DNA of 64,000 bases from an uncultured Pseudomonadales bacterium (GCA_964275945.1 CAXYEH010000021.1:3978-67977); one strand, 5' to 3'; shown: positions 8,738 to 18,722, counted from the first letter of the stretch. Program-made: numbers and translations. Notes: a model not told the origin generated them from the letters alone.

Positions 8738-11145
8738 ATTAGACTACCTCGTCCTAAACAGATCGCTTGCCACGACCTCGTGAATCATTGTACGCAATGC
8801 GTAATTTTGGTCCTTGGTCGAGCTGAGGATCTCGTTCACCGCATCCCGGTCGGAAAACTCGACCTGCGCCCCGGTGCTGAATGTTATGAGTTGGTCCGCG
8901 AGATTGTAAGAGATCGCATCCATCTCATTGTCCAACAACACTTGTTGGTAATCGGCGAATCCGCGGAAAGACGCCCCGTCAGATGTAATGCCACTGGCAT
9001 CCACCGGCAGCCCCAACTGATAAGGCGCATATTGCAGAATCTCAGAAAAAGCCCCGACAGCCCGGTACTGGTCGCGAAATCCTCCGATAGGATCGAACGA
9101 TTCGAGCGCAAAGCCCGGTGGGTCGATGGTTTTATGACAACCCGCGCAGATGGTGCTGTCTCGATGCGCCGCCAGCTGTTCGCGAATCGTAGTCGTCCCG
9201 CGCGTGTCGGGCTCCACACCACCCACGTTCGGCGGCGGTGGCGGTGCTGGGCGGCCAAGCAAATTCGCAAGCACAAAATTGCCGCGCGGTATGGGCGACG
9301 TGGTCGTCCCGTTCGCCGTGATCTTATGGATACTGCCCTGACCCAACAAACCGCCTCGCACGCTGCCCTCTGGCAGCATCACTTTGCGCATCTGCTGTCC
9401 TTCGATACCCGGCACGTTGTAATGCTCAGCTAGACGACGGTTCAGGAACGTAAAGTCCGCACGGACGAGGTTCGTCAAACTCAAGTTCTCGCGGATCAGC
9501 TCCTCATAAAAAAGCTCAGACTCCGCTATCATGGCCTGACCAAGGAGGTCGTTAAATTCGGGATACAGCCCCGTATCAGGCGAAGTTGAGTTGATCTCAT
9601 AGAGTCGATAAGCCTGCCCCACGAAGTCTTTGACGAAGCGCTTACTTTTCGGATCATCGAGCATGCGCTCCACCTGACGTGCCAGCTCTGCAGGCTCGGA
9701 CAAACGACCGGCTTCAGCGACGGCGAGAAGCGCATCGTCGGGCATACTGCGCCACAGAAAATACGACAGGCGCGAGGCCAGGCTGTAATCATCCAGAGCG
9801 CCGCTAGCACCGTCTTGGTAGAGAAATGACGGCGCATTCAAGACCGTTCTAAGTGGCACGCGCAGTGCCTCAAGAAAAGGTCTACCGTCTTCTAGCAACG
9901 GTATCGCCATATCGGCGTACAACTTGGCTTCACCTTCGGTGAGCGGTCGACGGAAGGCACGCTGCGCGAACGTCTCGACAATCTCGTTGATGTGATCCAT
10001 GGCCGGCTTAGAAAGTTTAATCTGGCCCGACTCGTCAAAATCAATGCCGGTCAAGAGCTCGCGAGTACTCGCTGGCGGCCACACGTCATGCAAGGGCCCT
10101 TCGATGGTCATCGACTTGACCGCGATGCCCTCACCCGGGTAATCACGGGCGTTGTTTTCAGGGAGGGCATAATAAGAAAGCATCCCCCCTTCATCATGAT
10201 CTGCCAGTGAGGGGCTCAATAACATGCCGGGTGTCAAGTAGGTGATCACTTCTACGACACGCGCTTCCGGCTCAACTAGATCGAAACTGCCAATGAGATT
10301 ATCAAGCGATGCGACAAGGCCCGACTGTTTGACACCGCTGTACAACGTCAAAATCACTGGCGACTCTGCCTGGTAGGGATAAGCCTCCAGCGTGACTCGA
10401 TAGCGTCCTGGCGCCGGCACGCGGTAAGTTTCCGGATGGTAGTTCATGGAATGCATGAGAAAGGTCGATCCGATATCGAAGAACATAACAGCGGCGTCGT
10501 CGAGCATCACGGTAATGCCGGCACCGGAATTGTCCGATTCATTAAAAATGGAAAGAAACTGCGACTTCGCATATTCGATTTCGTGACGTAGCAACTCAGG
10601 ACGGGGACCGAGCTGGATTGCTGCATCCAGCGCACTGTCGGCCGCGCTCAAGTAGCCGCGCACGTGCAAGGACGAGATGTCCTGATTTTTAGCCACGGTA
10701 TCGAAACCGCCTGTGTCGGCGGCGGCGGGTAATTCCGAAGCCATAGCCGTCGCCGTCTCTGCATCGAGATGCAGAAGGTCTTGTAAGGAATAAGCATACT
10801 CAAGCTGAGTCAGCCTACGCAGCTCCGCTCGTGAGCCACCACGCGCGGCTATATTGGCATCAACTAAGGCAGGCTTGAGAGCGGCAAGCGCATTCTCAAT
10901 CAGCGACTGAACCGTGTCTGTCACCTCCATCGGGGGCATCTGACCACGCTCAATACGATTATAGATATGCTGCCAAGTGCGATAAACCTCGGCATCGCCA
11001 AGGTCATAGCTGAGTTCTTGCATATTAAGGGGAGTCACCGTGCCCTCGCCATGGCACAAAAGGCAAGATGCCTCCAGCATTGGCTCCACTTCAGCTTCGA
11101 AGGAATCGGCACTGGCGTGTCCGACGACAAACATGGTGCAAACGA
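8698..11145 (-). repeat. Tandem duplication unit B (partner 5784..8222)
   Basis: See unit A. It includes the first 37 nt of the DUF1552 gene/relic and the whole DUF1592-type gene. Confidence 0.9.
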
Positions 11146-11167
11146 GCAGTGCTGTTAATTTATTCAT
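8744..11167 (-). CDS. DUF1592/DUF1585-type PSD-domain protein with two CxxCH motifs, copy B
   Basis: 807-aa ORF with signal peptide MNKLTALLVCTMFVVGHASA. The N-terminal ~190 aa and C-terminal ~447 aa are (near-)identical to copy A, and the central ~169 aa are diverged. Confidence 0.85.
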   Translation of the reverse strand: MNKLTALLVCTMFVVGHASADSFEAEVEPMLEASCLLCHGEGTVTPLNMQELSYDLGDAEVYRTWQHIYNRIERGQMPPMEVTDTVQSLIENALAALKPALVDANIAARGGSRAELRRLTQLEYAYSLQDLLHLDAETATAMASELPAAADTGGFDTVAKNQDISSLHVRGYLSAADSALDAAIQLGPRPELLRHEIEYAKSQFLSIFNESDNSGAGITVMLDDAAVMFFDIGSTFLMHSMNYHPETYRVPAPGRYRVTLEAYPYQAESPVILTLYSGVKQSGLVASLDNLIGSFDLVEPEARVVEVITYLTPGMLLSPSLADHDEGGMLSYYALPENNARDYPGEGIAVKSMTIEGPLHDVWPPASTRELLTGIDFDESGQIKLSKPAMDHINEIVETFAQRAFRRPLTEGEAKLYADMAIPLLEDGRPFLEALRVPLRTVLNAPSFLYQDGASGALDDYSLASRLSYFLWRSMPDDALLAVAEAGRLSEPAELARQVERMLDDPKSKRFVKDFVGQAYRLYEINSTSPDTGLYPEFNDLLGQAMIAESELFYEELIRENLSLTNLVRADFTFLNRRLAEHYNVPGIEGQQMRKVMLPEGSVRGGLLGQGSIHKITANGTTTSPIPRGNFVLANLLGRPAPPPPPNVGGVEPDTRGTTTIREQLAAHRDSTICAGCHKTIDPPGFALESFDPIGGFRDQYRAVGAFSEILQYAPYQLGLPVDASGITSDGASFRGFADYQQVLLDNEMDAISYNLADQLITFSTGAQVEFSDRDAVNEILSSTKDQNYALRTMIHEVVASDLFRTR

Positions 11168-11273
11168 GAATCCAAGTTCCTATTTACAAAATCCTATTTA
11201 ATTGCTGCTATTGATCTACTATCTAGGTTCTACATTAGACGCAGCAATTCTCTTTCTTTGACTTTTCAACTTC

Positions 11274-11335
11274 GCCGCCTGATAAAGCTCGATCTCGTAG
11301 CCGTTCAGATCTTGGAAGAAGAGGATTACCGGCAC
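11274..11335 (-). repeat. 62-nt repeat S2 (partner 8541..8602)
   Basis: gccgcctgataaagctcgatctcgtagccgttcagatcttggaagaagaggattaccggcac. The minus frame reads ...ILFFQDLNGYEIELYQAAK... and is open only from about 11374. Confidence 0.7.
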
Positions 11336-11864
11336 AATGAGAATCCCTCCATTGGGGTGTTTTATTTTTTGCGGTCAATGTCGCCAGCATTGTATAGGCG
11401 GCAACCGCCAATAAAATAATGGCTTTAGTTTTTCTACCGCCGTGAGGCTCACGATCAATCATATCTTTTCTTTTAATTAGTAACCATGTGTGCAGATTAA
11501 CCTCTCAGTGAGGAACCATCCTCCGCTATTCCGTGAATGCCGACTAATTCTCAGTTTTTGACTTCAAAAAAGAAAGCTCGTTATAGAATAATTCCCGCCA
11601 GGATTCCTAAAATTAGAATTAGTAACTCAGAATTAAGCACACCTTTCTCAGCGCTTATTGCCTGAAAACCATTAAATCGTAATGCGCAAGTTTAGCCAAT
11701 CAGAAGTGGTCCATTTGGCGGCGAAAGAAACGATCACCCACGCTCAATAACTTCGCTAACTGTGACCCCTGACCCCAACCTAACTAGACAAGTCCCAACC
11801 ACAGAGATACTATCTTCGCCCACTTAAATATGCTCGTGGAGCATAATCCAATAGAGGAAGAGAC

Positions 11865-12830
11865 ATGATAAAGCTGGGGATGGGATCTAGCAAAAAAAGA
11901 AAGATGATGAAGAAGGGAATGCGCGCTGATGGATTCCGAGGACTCCTCAGTTTTTCCTTGATGGCGTCTTGTCTCTGCGGCATATCTGCCTCGGCACAAG
12001 ATTTATCCCTGGTCGAGCAGAAGGTCCACAAGCTCAGCGACACGGTTTGGTGGATAGAGCCCGTTCCAGCTTACGGTGGCAACATAGCCGTATCCGCCGG
12101 TGAAGATGGGATACTCATGGTTGACGATCAGCTAATGCCGCTGACAGACGATATCAAAGAGGCGGTCGCTGGCATTCAGGAAGGAAAGGTCGACTTCCTC
12201 GTTAACAGCCACTACCACTACGATCATGCCGGCGGTAACGCTGCGTTCGGTGAGGAGTCTTTAATCATCGCGCACCACAGTGTGCGAACGCGTCTCTTGG
12301 AAGGACGGGAGGCAGGATCAAATTTCCGCGAAGAACCGCACCCAGCTGAGGCAATACCTGTGCTGACCTTCAAGGAAAACGTCACCTTCCATTGGAACGG
12401 AGAGGATATCGACGTCATCTACCTCGGCAATGCCTCGCACACCGATGGCGATGCAGTAATCGTTTTTCGGGAATCGAACGTTATCCACACCGGTGACCAG
12501 TACGTCAACCTCAACGGTTACCCATTCATCGATCTCCCCGTGGGCGGCTCGGCTACCGGACTGCGGGATAACATCGCCGCAATGTTGGCGATGATAGACG
12601 ATGATACCAAAGTCATCCCTGGCCACGGCCCTATGACGACAAAGACCGAACTGCAGGCCTACCACGACCGAATCGCGGCAACGATCGACCTCGTGGAGAA
12701 GCAAAAGTCAGCAGGGAAATCACTAGATGAAATCCAGGAAACCGGACTACCAGACGAATACTCCAAGTTCACCGGCTTCATGACTATCCCCACTTGGATC
12801 CAACAGGTATTCAGCAGTCTCAACGACTGA
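11865..12830 (+). CDS. MBL-fold metallo-hydrolase, exported
   Basis: HxHxDH motif NSHYHYDHAGGN, later HTDGD and PGHG. The signal region is LLSFSLMASCLCGISASAQ. GAGGAA sits 5-6 nt upstream of the ATG. Confidence 0.85.
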   Translation: MIKLGMGSSKKRKMMKKGMRADGFRGLLSFSLMASCLCGISASAQDLSLVEQKVHKLSDTVWWIEPVPAYGGNIAVSAGEDGILMVDDQLMPLTDDIKEAVAGIQEGKVDFLVNSHYHYDHAGGNAAFGEESLIIAHHSVRTRLLEGREAGSNFREEPHPAEAIPVLTFKENVTFHWNGEDIDVIYLGNASHTDGDAVIVFRESNVIHTGDQYVNLNGYPFIDLPVGGSATGLRDNIAAMLAMIDDDTKVIPGHGPMTTKTELQAYHDRIAATIDLVEKQKSAGKSLDEIQETGLPDEYSKFTGFMTIPTWIQQVFSSLND

Positions 12831-12929
12831 TCGAACGCGTACCGTTGAGGAGCGGCACGAGGACTCGCTAACTGCATTAAACCAGGGAGGATGTTAGCCA
12901 GCACTCTCGGCGCTGGCTAATCACTGCGT

Positions 12930-14291
12930 CTAATTGGTCGGCAATAATCGCGTACGGTCTACCCATTCGCCCAGCCGCATCACCCGGTCGATCTTCTGCG
13001 TATTGCGGATATCGACCAGTGGATCGGCATCGAGAACGACTAGATCTGCCACCTTACCGGGCACTAGGGTTCCGAAATCAGCTTCGCCTAAGGGAGGTAT
13101 CTGTGCAGCCCCCGTGGCCGTTGCCGCAACAATAGCCTGCATCGGCGTCAGGCCAGCCTCGACATATATCGCCATCTCACGATGAAGGCCCCACCCGAAC
13201 GGTACATTAGCGGTGCCCGCGTCAGTGCCAATGGCGACCTGAATACCGGCATCGTGGATCGTCTTGAGGAAGTCCTGAAGCTGTCGAAATGCCGCCTTGC
13301 TGTTCTCAAAGTTGTCCGCATCGACCACTTCCGCCCGGCGTTCAGGACTATCCCATCGAGCCAAGGCATCAGGATTGAATACCGCCCGTAAAATAGGGTC
13401 ATCCAGCAACTCCGGATGCGCGGCGAAATACCAGCCAAGCTGACGAATAGACAAGGTAGGAGTGAACACAACATCGTTCTCGACCGCCAATTGCAGGAAT
13501 TCCGACGACGGCGCGGGGTTGTCGACGGGAGCGCCGCCCCCTGGGCCGAAGGTCAACACGGTGCTGTGGAGGAAGTCCCGCAAACCAGCCCCAATCAACT
13601 GAATAGCATCAGCTTCGCCATCGATGTGGGCAACCGGCACGACCCCATTACGGATCGCCTCATCGATAATCGCCGCCCGAATCTCAGGCCTGATCTTCAA
13701 GCCAGGCTGCGCCACGTCATTGACCCACATCTTGATAAACTGCACACCAAGTGCAATCTGCTTCCGGACCAGCATCCGCGCCTCGTCTTCCGTCACCGGC
13801 GCATTCCGTCCGCCCGCGTTAAAACCTCCGGGGTGCGAGAATCCAAGACCTGCGGTGTACGCGCGCGGGAAGTCCGGCCGACCGGCGTTGGCTTCGAGCA
13901 AGAACTCGACAGTTTCCGGCGAGTCGCTGCCGATACTTCGTGCGGTTGTCACGCCATAGTAGAGCTGCGCATTGAACTGACTCTTAATGTCGGCGCTCTC
14001 GCCACGATAGTGCACATGCATGTTAACCAGACCGGGAATAATCGACTTGCCGCTAACATCAATCACTTCCGCACCGGCGGGAACAGGGGTAGTCTCCCGT
14101 GAACCGGCCGCAGTGATCCGCCCATCACGAATCACTATGACCGAATCTACCGTGGCTGCCGCGCCGGTTCCGTCAATCAACTGCGCCCCGACGAGGGCTA
14201 AATCTCCAGCCTCTACTATCGGTGCCACATTCTCTCCACAGCCAGTCAAGGCCAGGACCAGTCCAAATACCGCAAGCTGAAGTCGTTTCAT
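12930..14291 (-). CDS. Amidohydrolase-family metal-dependent hydrolase, lipoprotein
   Basis: Lipobox LVLALTGCG. The N-terminal beta-sandwich plus HxH motif reads IIPGLVNMHVHY. The C-terminal part reads GTDAG...PGKVADLVVLDADPL, typical of the amidohydrolase superfamily. Confidence 0.85.
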   Translation of the reverse strand: MKRLQLAVFGLVLALTGCGENVAPIVEAGDLALVGAQLIDGTGAAATVDSVIVIRDGRITAAGSRETTPVPAGAEVIDVSGKSIIPGLVNMHVHYRGESADIKSQFNAQLYYGVTTARSIGSDSPETVEFLLEANAGRPDFPRAYTAGLGFSHPGGFNAGGRNAPVTEDEARMLVRKQIALGVQFIKMWVNDVAQPGLKIRPEIRAAIIDEAIRNGVVPVAHIDGEADAIQLIGAGLRDFLHSTVLTFGPGGGAPVDNPAPSSEFLQLAVENDVVFTPTLSIRQLGWYFAAHPELLDDPILRAVFNPDALARWDSPERRAEVVDADNFENSKAAFRQLQDFLKTIHDAGIQVAIGTDAGTANVPFGWGLHREMAIYVEAGLTPMQAIVAATATGAAQIPPLGEADFGTLVPGKVADLVVLDADPLVDIRNTQKIDRVMRLGEWVDRTRLLPTN

Positions 14292-14617
14292 AAAAACCTC
14301 TGAGAAAATTGGCGATCAGCTCAATAATTACCACTGAAAGCGAGTCTAACAATGGCTTGTGCAGGCTGGGATTATAAAGTATCTCCGAATCCAAGTATTG
14401 CCGAGTGAGGCAATGAAAGTACGGAGCGATTGAGGGCATTTAACCGGGGCAAAGTTTCCCGGAAGAAATACTAATTATCTGTAAATTAATAGATTTGAAA
14501 ATAGACTTTGCTACACCTTTTAGAAACTAAATCAAGATCGATCACAATGGACGCCCCTGTTTATTACCTGAAATAGCGACGCCGCTTAGGAACGTCCATT
14601 CTTTAAATAATTTAGTT

Positions 14618-15649
14618 TCACAAACCGTTCTTTTCTCGGTATTCCATTTCCTGCCGACGCGCGCCCGCAAGAATCCCAGCCATAGCGTGGTTGCCTTCGT
14701 GGCAGGCAAACTCATAGGGCTCCTTGTCAGTTAATCTCCAACTCACTTCAGCGCTATAGGAATCGGTATAATCAGCGTCTTCAACTGTATAACCGTACAC
14801 TATGCCACCATCATCGTTGCGACTGAATCGTTCGACTATGCGACGGTCAGCAACTTCGCGAGGAGCCTCGTTAAGAATATTAACTGTTTCAACCACAAGG
14901 GTGTCTCCGTCCCACCATGCAATAGAATCTCCATCGTATGAGGCATGACTAACATGCTTGTGCTCTTCATCATTGATGCGGATTATCCGAGCCCAGTGAT
15001 TCCACTCGATATAAATCATCAAATAGTCTTCAGTTTGTACGACTTTTTTTATGTTGTTGTAGGGTAACGAAGTGACAGGAAGCGACGCAACGCCAGTGTA
15101 GATGCAGCGAGTCCCTAGAGATAGATTCTCAGGGCCGTCGAAGGGGTGAACGTCGGGCTCTTCCAGCCACCATGCACCACCCTTTGAGTATTCCTGTGGC
15201 CATTCAAAGGGAATCCTCATGGCTGCTTTTTCCTTACCTTCCTCAGTAAGCCCAGGCCTGCGCCCATTTTCAGGGTAAGTAATAATGGAAGTTCGGTACT
15301 TTCCGTTAATGGCAGAAGCACTGTCCCCAAAATTCATCCAGAAACCATCGTAGGCGCCTACATTAGCGCCAGCCTCCGGTGCAGCACGATCGGGATCAAG
15401 CGCTTTGTCCCCGTTAGCGAGACTATTTGCTGCGCGATCACTAATTGCCTTAACTTCTTCCGCAGTGTAATACTCCCGATCACCAAATTCTGCCGGGCGG
15501 TTCATCGGAGTCAAGGTTGACGTATCGTAATTTCCACTGAAGTCCGGTTTCCCCGATGGCGTGCGCGGAAAACTTTCCCCAGCGATTAACAGAGATTGAA
15601 CAAATGCAAAAGGTAGAGCGACTAGAATACTTAACAGTACTTTTTTCAT
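14618..15649 (-). CDS. Exported hypothetical protein, 'ACHEGN'-motif family, paralog 2
   Basis: 343 aa with signal peptide MKKVLLSILVALPFAFVQS. It is collinear with 1519..2559 and ends in the same PYEFACHEGNHAMAGILAGAR block. Confidence 0.7.
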   Translation of the reverse strand: MKKVLLSILVALPFAFVQSLLIAGESFPRTPSGKPDFSGNYDTSTLTPMNRPAEFGDREYYTAEEVKAISDRAANSLANGDKALDPDRAAPEAGANVGAYDGFWMNFGDSASAINGKYRTSIITYPENGRRPGLTEEGKEKAAMRIPFEWPQEYSKGGAWWLEEPDVHPFDGPENLSLGTRCIYTGVASLPVTSLPYNNIKKVVQTEDYLMIYIEWNHWARIIRINDEEHKHVSHASYDGDSIAWWDGDTLVVETVNILNEAPREVADRRIVERFSRNDDGGIVYGYTVEDADYTDSYSAEVSWRLTDKEPYEFACHEGNHAMAGILAGARRQEMEYREKNGL

Positions 15650-16450
15650 GGTTTGTACCTCTGATCTTCTTATTCTAAAGTTTTCTATCTACGCCCCGCT
15701 TAGGGGTGTTAGTGAACTTACCTAGGCTACTCCAATCCCGCATAAAAGTGCAAATCAAGGCACAAACTGTAACACTCCTCTTTGGTTATGCAGAGAGATG
15801 GGCAGCACCATACTTATGTATTAGTGCCTGTGAGTGCCGCAATAAAAATTGAACAGCGTGACACTAAGATCGTCGTATTTCAGGCACCGCAAAATACTGT
15901 TGGTAAGGAAGATGATCCCTATGCGAATTTTCAAATCCCGGATGATCCAACTTAGTAAGTTCAAGAGTCTTTGAATCCTAGGGAATTTAAAGTATGAAGA
16001 ATTAATGCAACGCAGCAGTATTTTTTCATAACTGTTATTATCTGGTTTAGTCGTGCATCTTAAATGATATAGGGCGGCATGCAGTAAATTAATTTACCAA
16101 TGGGGCGTAGCCAAACATCCGGCTCGGTCTCAGCTCCTTTTGTTTAAGTTTTAGACAACCCTGCTGCGGTGATCATATTCTTAGACCCGACAATTCAATA
16201 ACGGCCATTAGATGAACTAAAGAAGTGCTTGTAAATGATGATGTCTACATTAAGACGCGAGTGAACAAGTTGATTCGCTTTTAGGTGGCCCATCACGACC
16301 TTCACGAGCGAGGGTAATAGCCAGGCTTAGGTATTGAAGGGGTACTTTTCAGATCGTCGAGGGTACCAAGAGCGCCCTTTCGAGCGCCTACAAAATTGGT
16401 ATTAGGATTGTTGCATCACAGCAGCTCTGAGGGGACTGCGAGGCTCTCAA

Positions 16451-17254
16451 TCAGCGAGCCGTCTGGCGAACGACCTCGACAACGTTCCCTGAGGGATCAC
16501 GGGCAAACAACAATCCGTCGCCGCGCTCCCGAACGTACAGGCCGAGAGCCTTGATCCGCTCAAGAACACCGTCGTAGTCAGTCGAGTAGATAGCTACCAC
16601 CGGAAAATTACTCTTGGGCAAGGGGGGCTCGTCCTTTGGCTCGTAGAGTGCGAAGAATAAACCCCCACCCATTTTAAGGAATACTTCATCGAAGTTGTCA
16701 GTAACAATACGATTGTCCGGCTCCACGTCGAAGACTTCAAGAAACCACTCTTCGGCCGCCGCACGGTCCTCGACTATGAGCCGAGCCCCCATCACTGCCG
16801 GTAGTCCCTCGACCTCGACTATCTCGATGGCGTTACCGCTCGGATCATTGACGATGGAGAGTCGCGTTCCTCCGCCGAGGTCGTATATCGGAAACTGCTT
16901 TCCTGCACTTTCGAACCGAGCTGCCAATTCTTCCAAGTCAGGCACGGAAATGGCCGAGACCGGGGCTGAGCTCTTCTTTAGCGTCTCCTTCTCACTGTAG
17001 TCGAGCAGCCCTATCCGGCCATCCTCGACCCACCCCATGAACGGCTCCACCAGTCGCCCCTCATCCACATAGCGACGTAACTCCGGGATGCCAAGTAAGT
17101 CCTCATAGAACGCCTTACTGACCTCGGCGTCCTCCACCGTAAACTTAGTGGTGGTAACAGTGTGAATCGGCACCGTGTCAGCCAACGTTCCTGAAGATGT
17201 GATCAGAGTGAGTGCGACTATTGGCAGCAGCTGCCTGAGTGCTGATGGTGTCAT
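16451..17254 (-). CDS. Two-domain VOC (glyoxalase/bleomycin-resistance/dioxygenase fold) protein, exported
   Basis: The start is placed at MTPSALRQLLPIVALTL (AAGGAG 9 nt upstream); the track ORF extends to 17284. Two repeats of the VOC pattern are present (TKFTVEDAEVSKAFYEDLLG ... DPSGNAIEIVE; RLIVEDRAAAEEWF ... DPSGNVVEVV). It is a paralog of 24728..25522. Confidence 0.75.
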   Translation of the reverse strand: MTPSALRQLLPIVALTLITSSGTLADTVPIHTVTTTKFTVEDAEVSKAFYEDLLGIPELRRYVDEGRLVEPFMGWVEDGRIGLLDYSEKETLKKSSAPVSAISVPDLEELAARFESAGKQFPIYDLGGGTRLSIVNDPSGNAIEIVEVEGLPAVMGARLIVEDRAAAEEWFLEVFDVEPDNRIVTDNFDEVFLKMGGGLFFALYEPKDEPPLPKSNFPVVAIYSTDYDGVLERIKALGLYVRERGDGLLFARDPSGNVVEVVRQTAR

Positions 17255-17450
17255 TTGTATATTCTCCTTGTTATGAAGTTTCAAAGATATCGCCGAGGCC
17301 GGTGATTGTCCATGTTTGTATCTGCCGGCGAAAATTGCTTTGAAGGTATCTCATAAAAAAATCCCGCATCGATCGATGCGGCTGTTTTGTCACTCTTGAG
17401 ACTGTTTTTACGCGGGCCTGAACTGCTTCTCTTCGCCTGGCCTACGCGAT

Positions 17451-18356
17451 CTATTGAGTCAATTCATCGTATATGGATTCAATGCGGCCCGGCGGCATGG
17501 GCCAGTTCAAATCGGCGATATCCAACTCCGCGGCTATGCGATCACGCCCTACTCCATTATCTATCAGCACCTTTATCCGAGTCATGAACTGATCCAGTTT
17601 ACTGCGAAATATACGGATATCGACCTTTCTTAGGATTGGTCCATGACCAGGAATAGCGGTATCGAAATCCAGCGTCAACAGACCATCCAGCGTCGCTGTC
17701 CAATCAGCCGCACTGCCGCCGTTGTCATAGTCAAAGAACGGTGACATTGTGCTGCCATCCAGACGATTGCCCCAGAGAACCAGGTCGCCGGTGTGTACCG
17801 TGCGTAGCGCAGGGAAATGAATCACCGAATCACCACTAGTATGGCCACGGCCGAAATAATGGGCGTTAACTTCGTGCCCACCCAACACCACAGTGGCGCT
17901 TTTCTCGTAGAGAATAACCGGCGCTCCCTCCGGGGCATTACGCTCATCACGCAACGCATTGGTGCGTACATTGCGGTGAGCCAGAATCGGTATACCATCC
18001 TCGAGGAAGTCCGCGTTACTGCCCGCGTGATCGTAGTGGTGGTGGGTGTTGAGCATATAACGGATATCTTTATCCGTCACTTTCCTCAACTGCTCCATGA
18101 TCTCCGGATAGCTGTAGAAAAACTTATTATCTACAACGAGCACGCCCTCATCAGTGACCAAAAATATCACGTTGCCCCCACTATTGCCGCCGAAGCCGGG
18201 GACAAGATACAGATTATCCTTGCCAGGCACAGCATGCACCTGCACCCGTGCCAGCTCCGCCGCTGTCATCGTAGGGATGTCCTGAGCACTAACTGAAGGT
18301 CCGAACAGCAGTAAACAAAGTAAAGTGAAACAGCCTACATCAACACCAATTTTCAT
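17451..18356 (-). CDS. MBL-fold metallo-hydrolase, exported
   Basis: NTHHHYDHAGSN (HxHxDH), HTSGD and PGHGP. The signal peptide is FTLLCLLLFGPSVSAQD. It is a paralog of 11865..12830. Confidence 0.85.
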   Translation of the reverse strand: MKIGVDVGCFTLLCLLLFGPSVSAQDIPTMTAAELARVQVHAVPGKDNLYLVPGFGGNSGGNVIFLVTDEGVLVVDNKFFYSYPEIMEQLRKVTDKDIRYMLNTHHHYDHAGSNADFLEDGIPILAHRNVRTNALRDERNAPEGAPVILYEKSATVVLGGHEVNAHYFGRGHTSGDSVIHFPALRTVHTGDLVLWGNRLDGSTMSPFFDYDNGGSAADWTATLDGLLTLDFDTAIPGHGPILRKVDIRIFRSKLDQFMTRIKVLIDNGVGRDRIAAELDIADLNWPMPPGRIESIYDELTQ

Positions 18357-18722
18357 TTAAGCACCTCTATTACAATTATGTTCGGGTTTATCTTTCGAGC
18401 ATTGCAGATAATTATTCTAACTCTTCTCATATGGGTAATTTGCCAGCAGTATACTTATCTACAAATATTTTACAAAAAAATAAAGGAAACTGCCTCCGCC
18501 ATCCGCAACTCGCTCTGAGAATACAGGGGTCTATACCGAACGGTAGCAAACCTGCCTTTAAACTACTTCGGAAACACTAATAGTCTATGGCATCAGAAAT
18601 TTCTCTTACTTATGCTAGACTGCTGGCGCTGCATTTTATGGGCTGACAATCATAACCATATTTATAGCCTATGGGCGCGTGCTACGATCTTAGAAACGAA
18701 AATAAAAACAAAAGAGCAAATC

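Noticed and set aside
5866-9433. Long plus-strand ORFs 5866..6519 and 8663..9433 (and the identical pairs 5970..6362/8884..9276 and 6236..6427/9150..9341).
   Set aside because: They are antisense or alternate-frame shadows of the GC-rich DUF1592-type genes and are duplicated only because the underlying DNA is duplicated. They are Arg/Pro/Ala-rich and have no family resemblance.
7174-10594. The variable core between near-identical flanks could be a diversity-generating retroelement target (VR/TR pair).
   Set aside because: Differences are dense, involve all bases and include indels rather than adenine-specific substitutions. No reverse transcriptase gene is present in the window.
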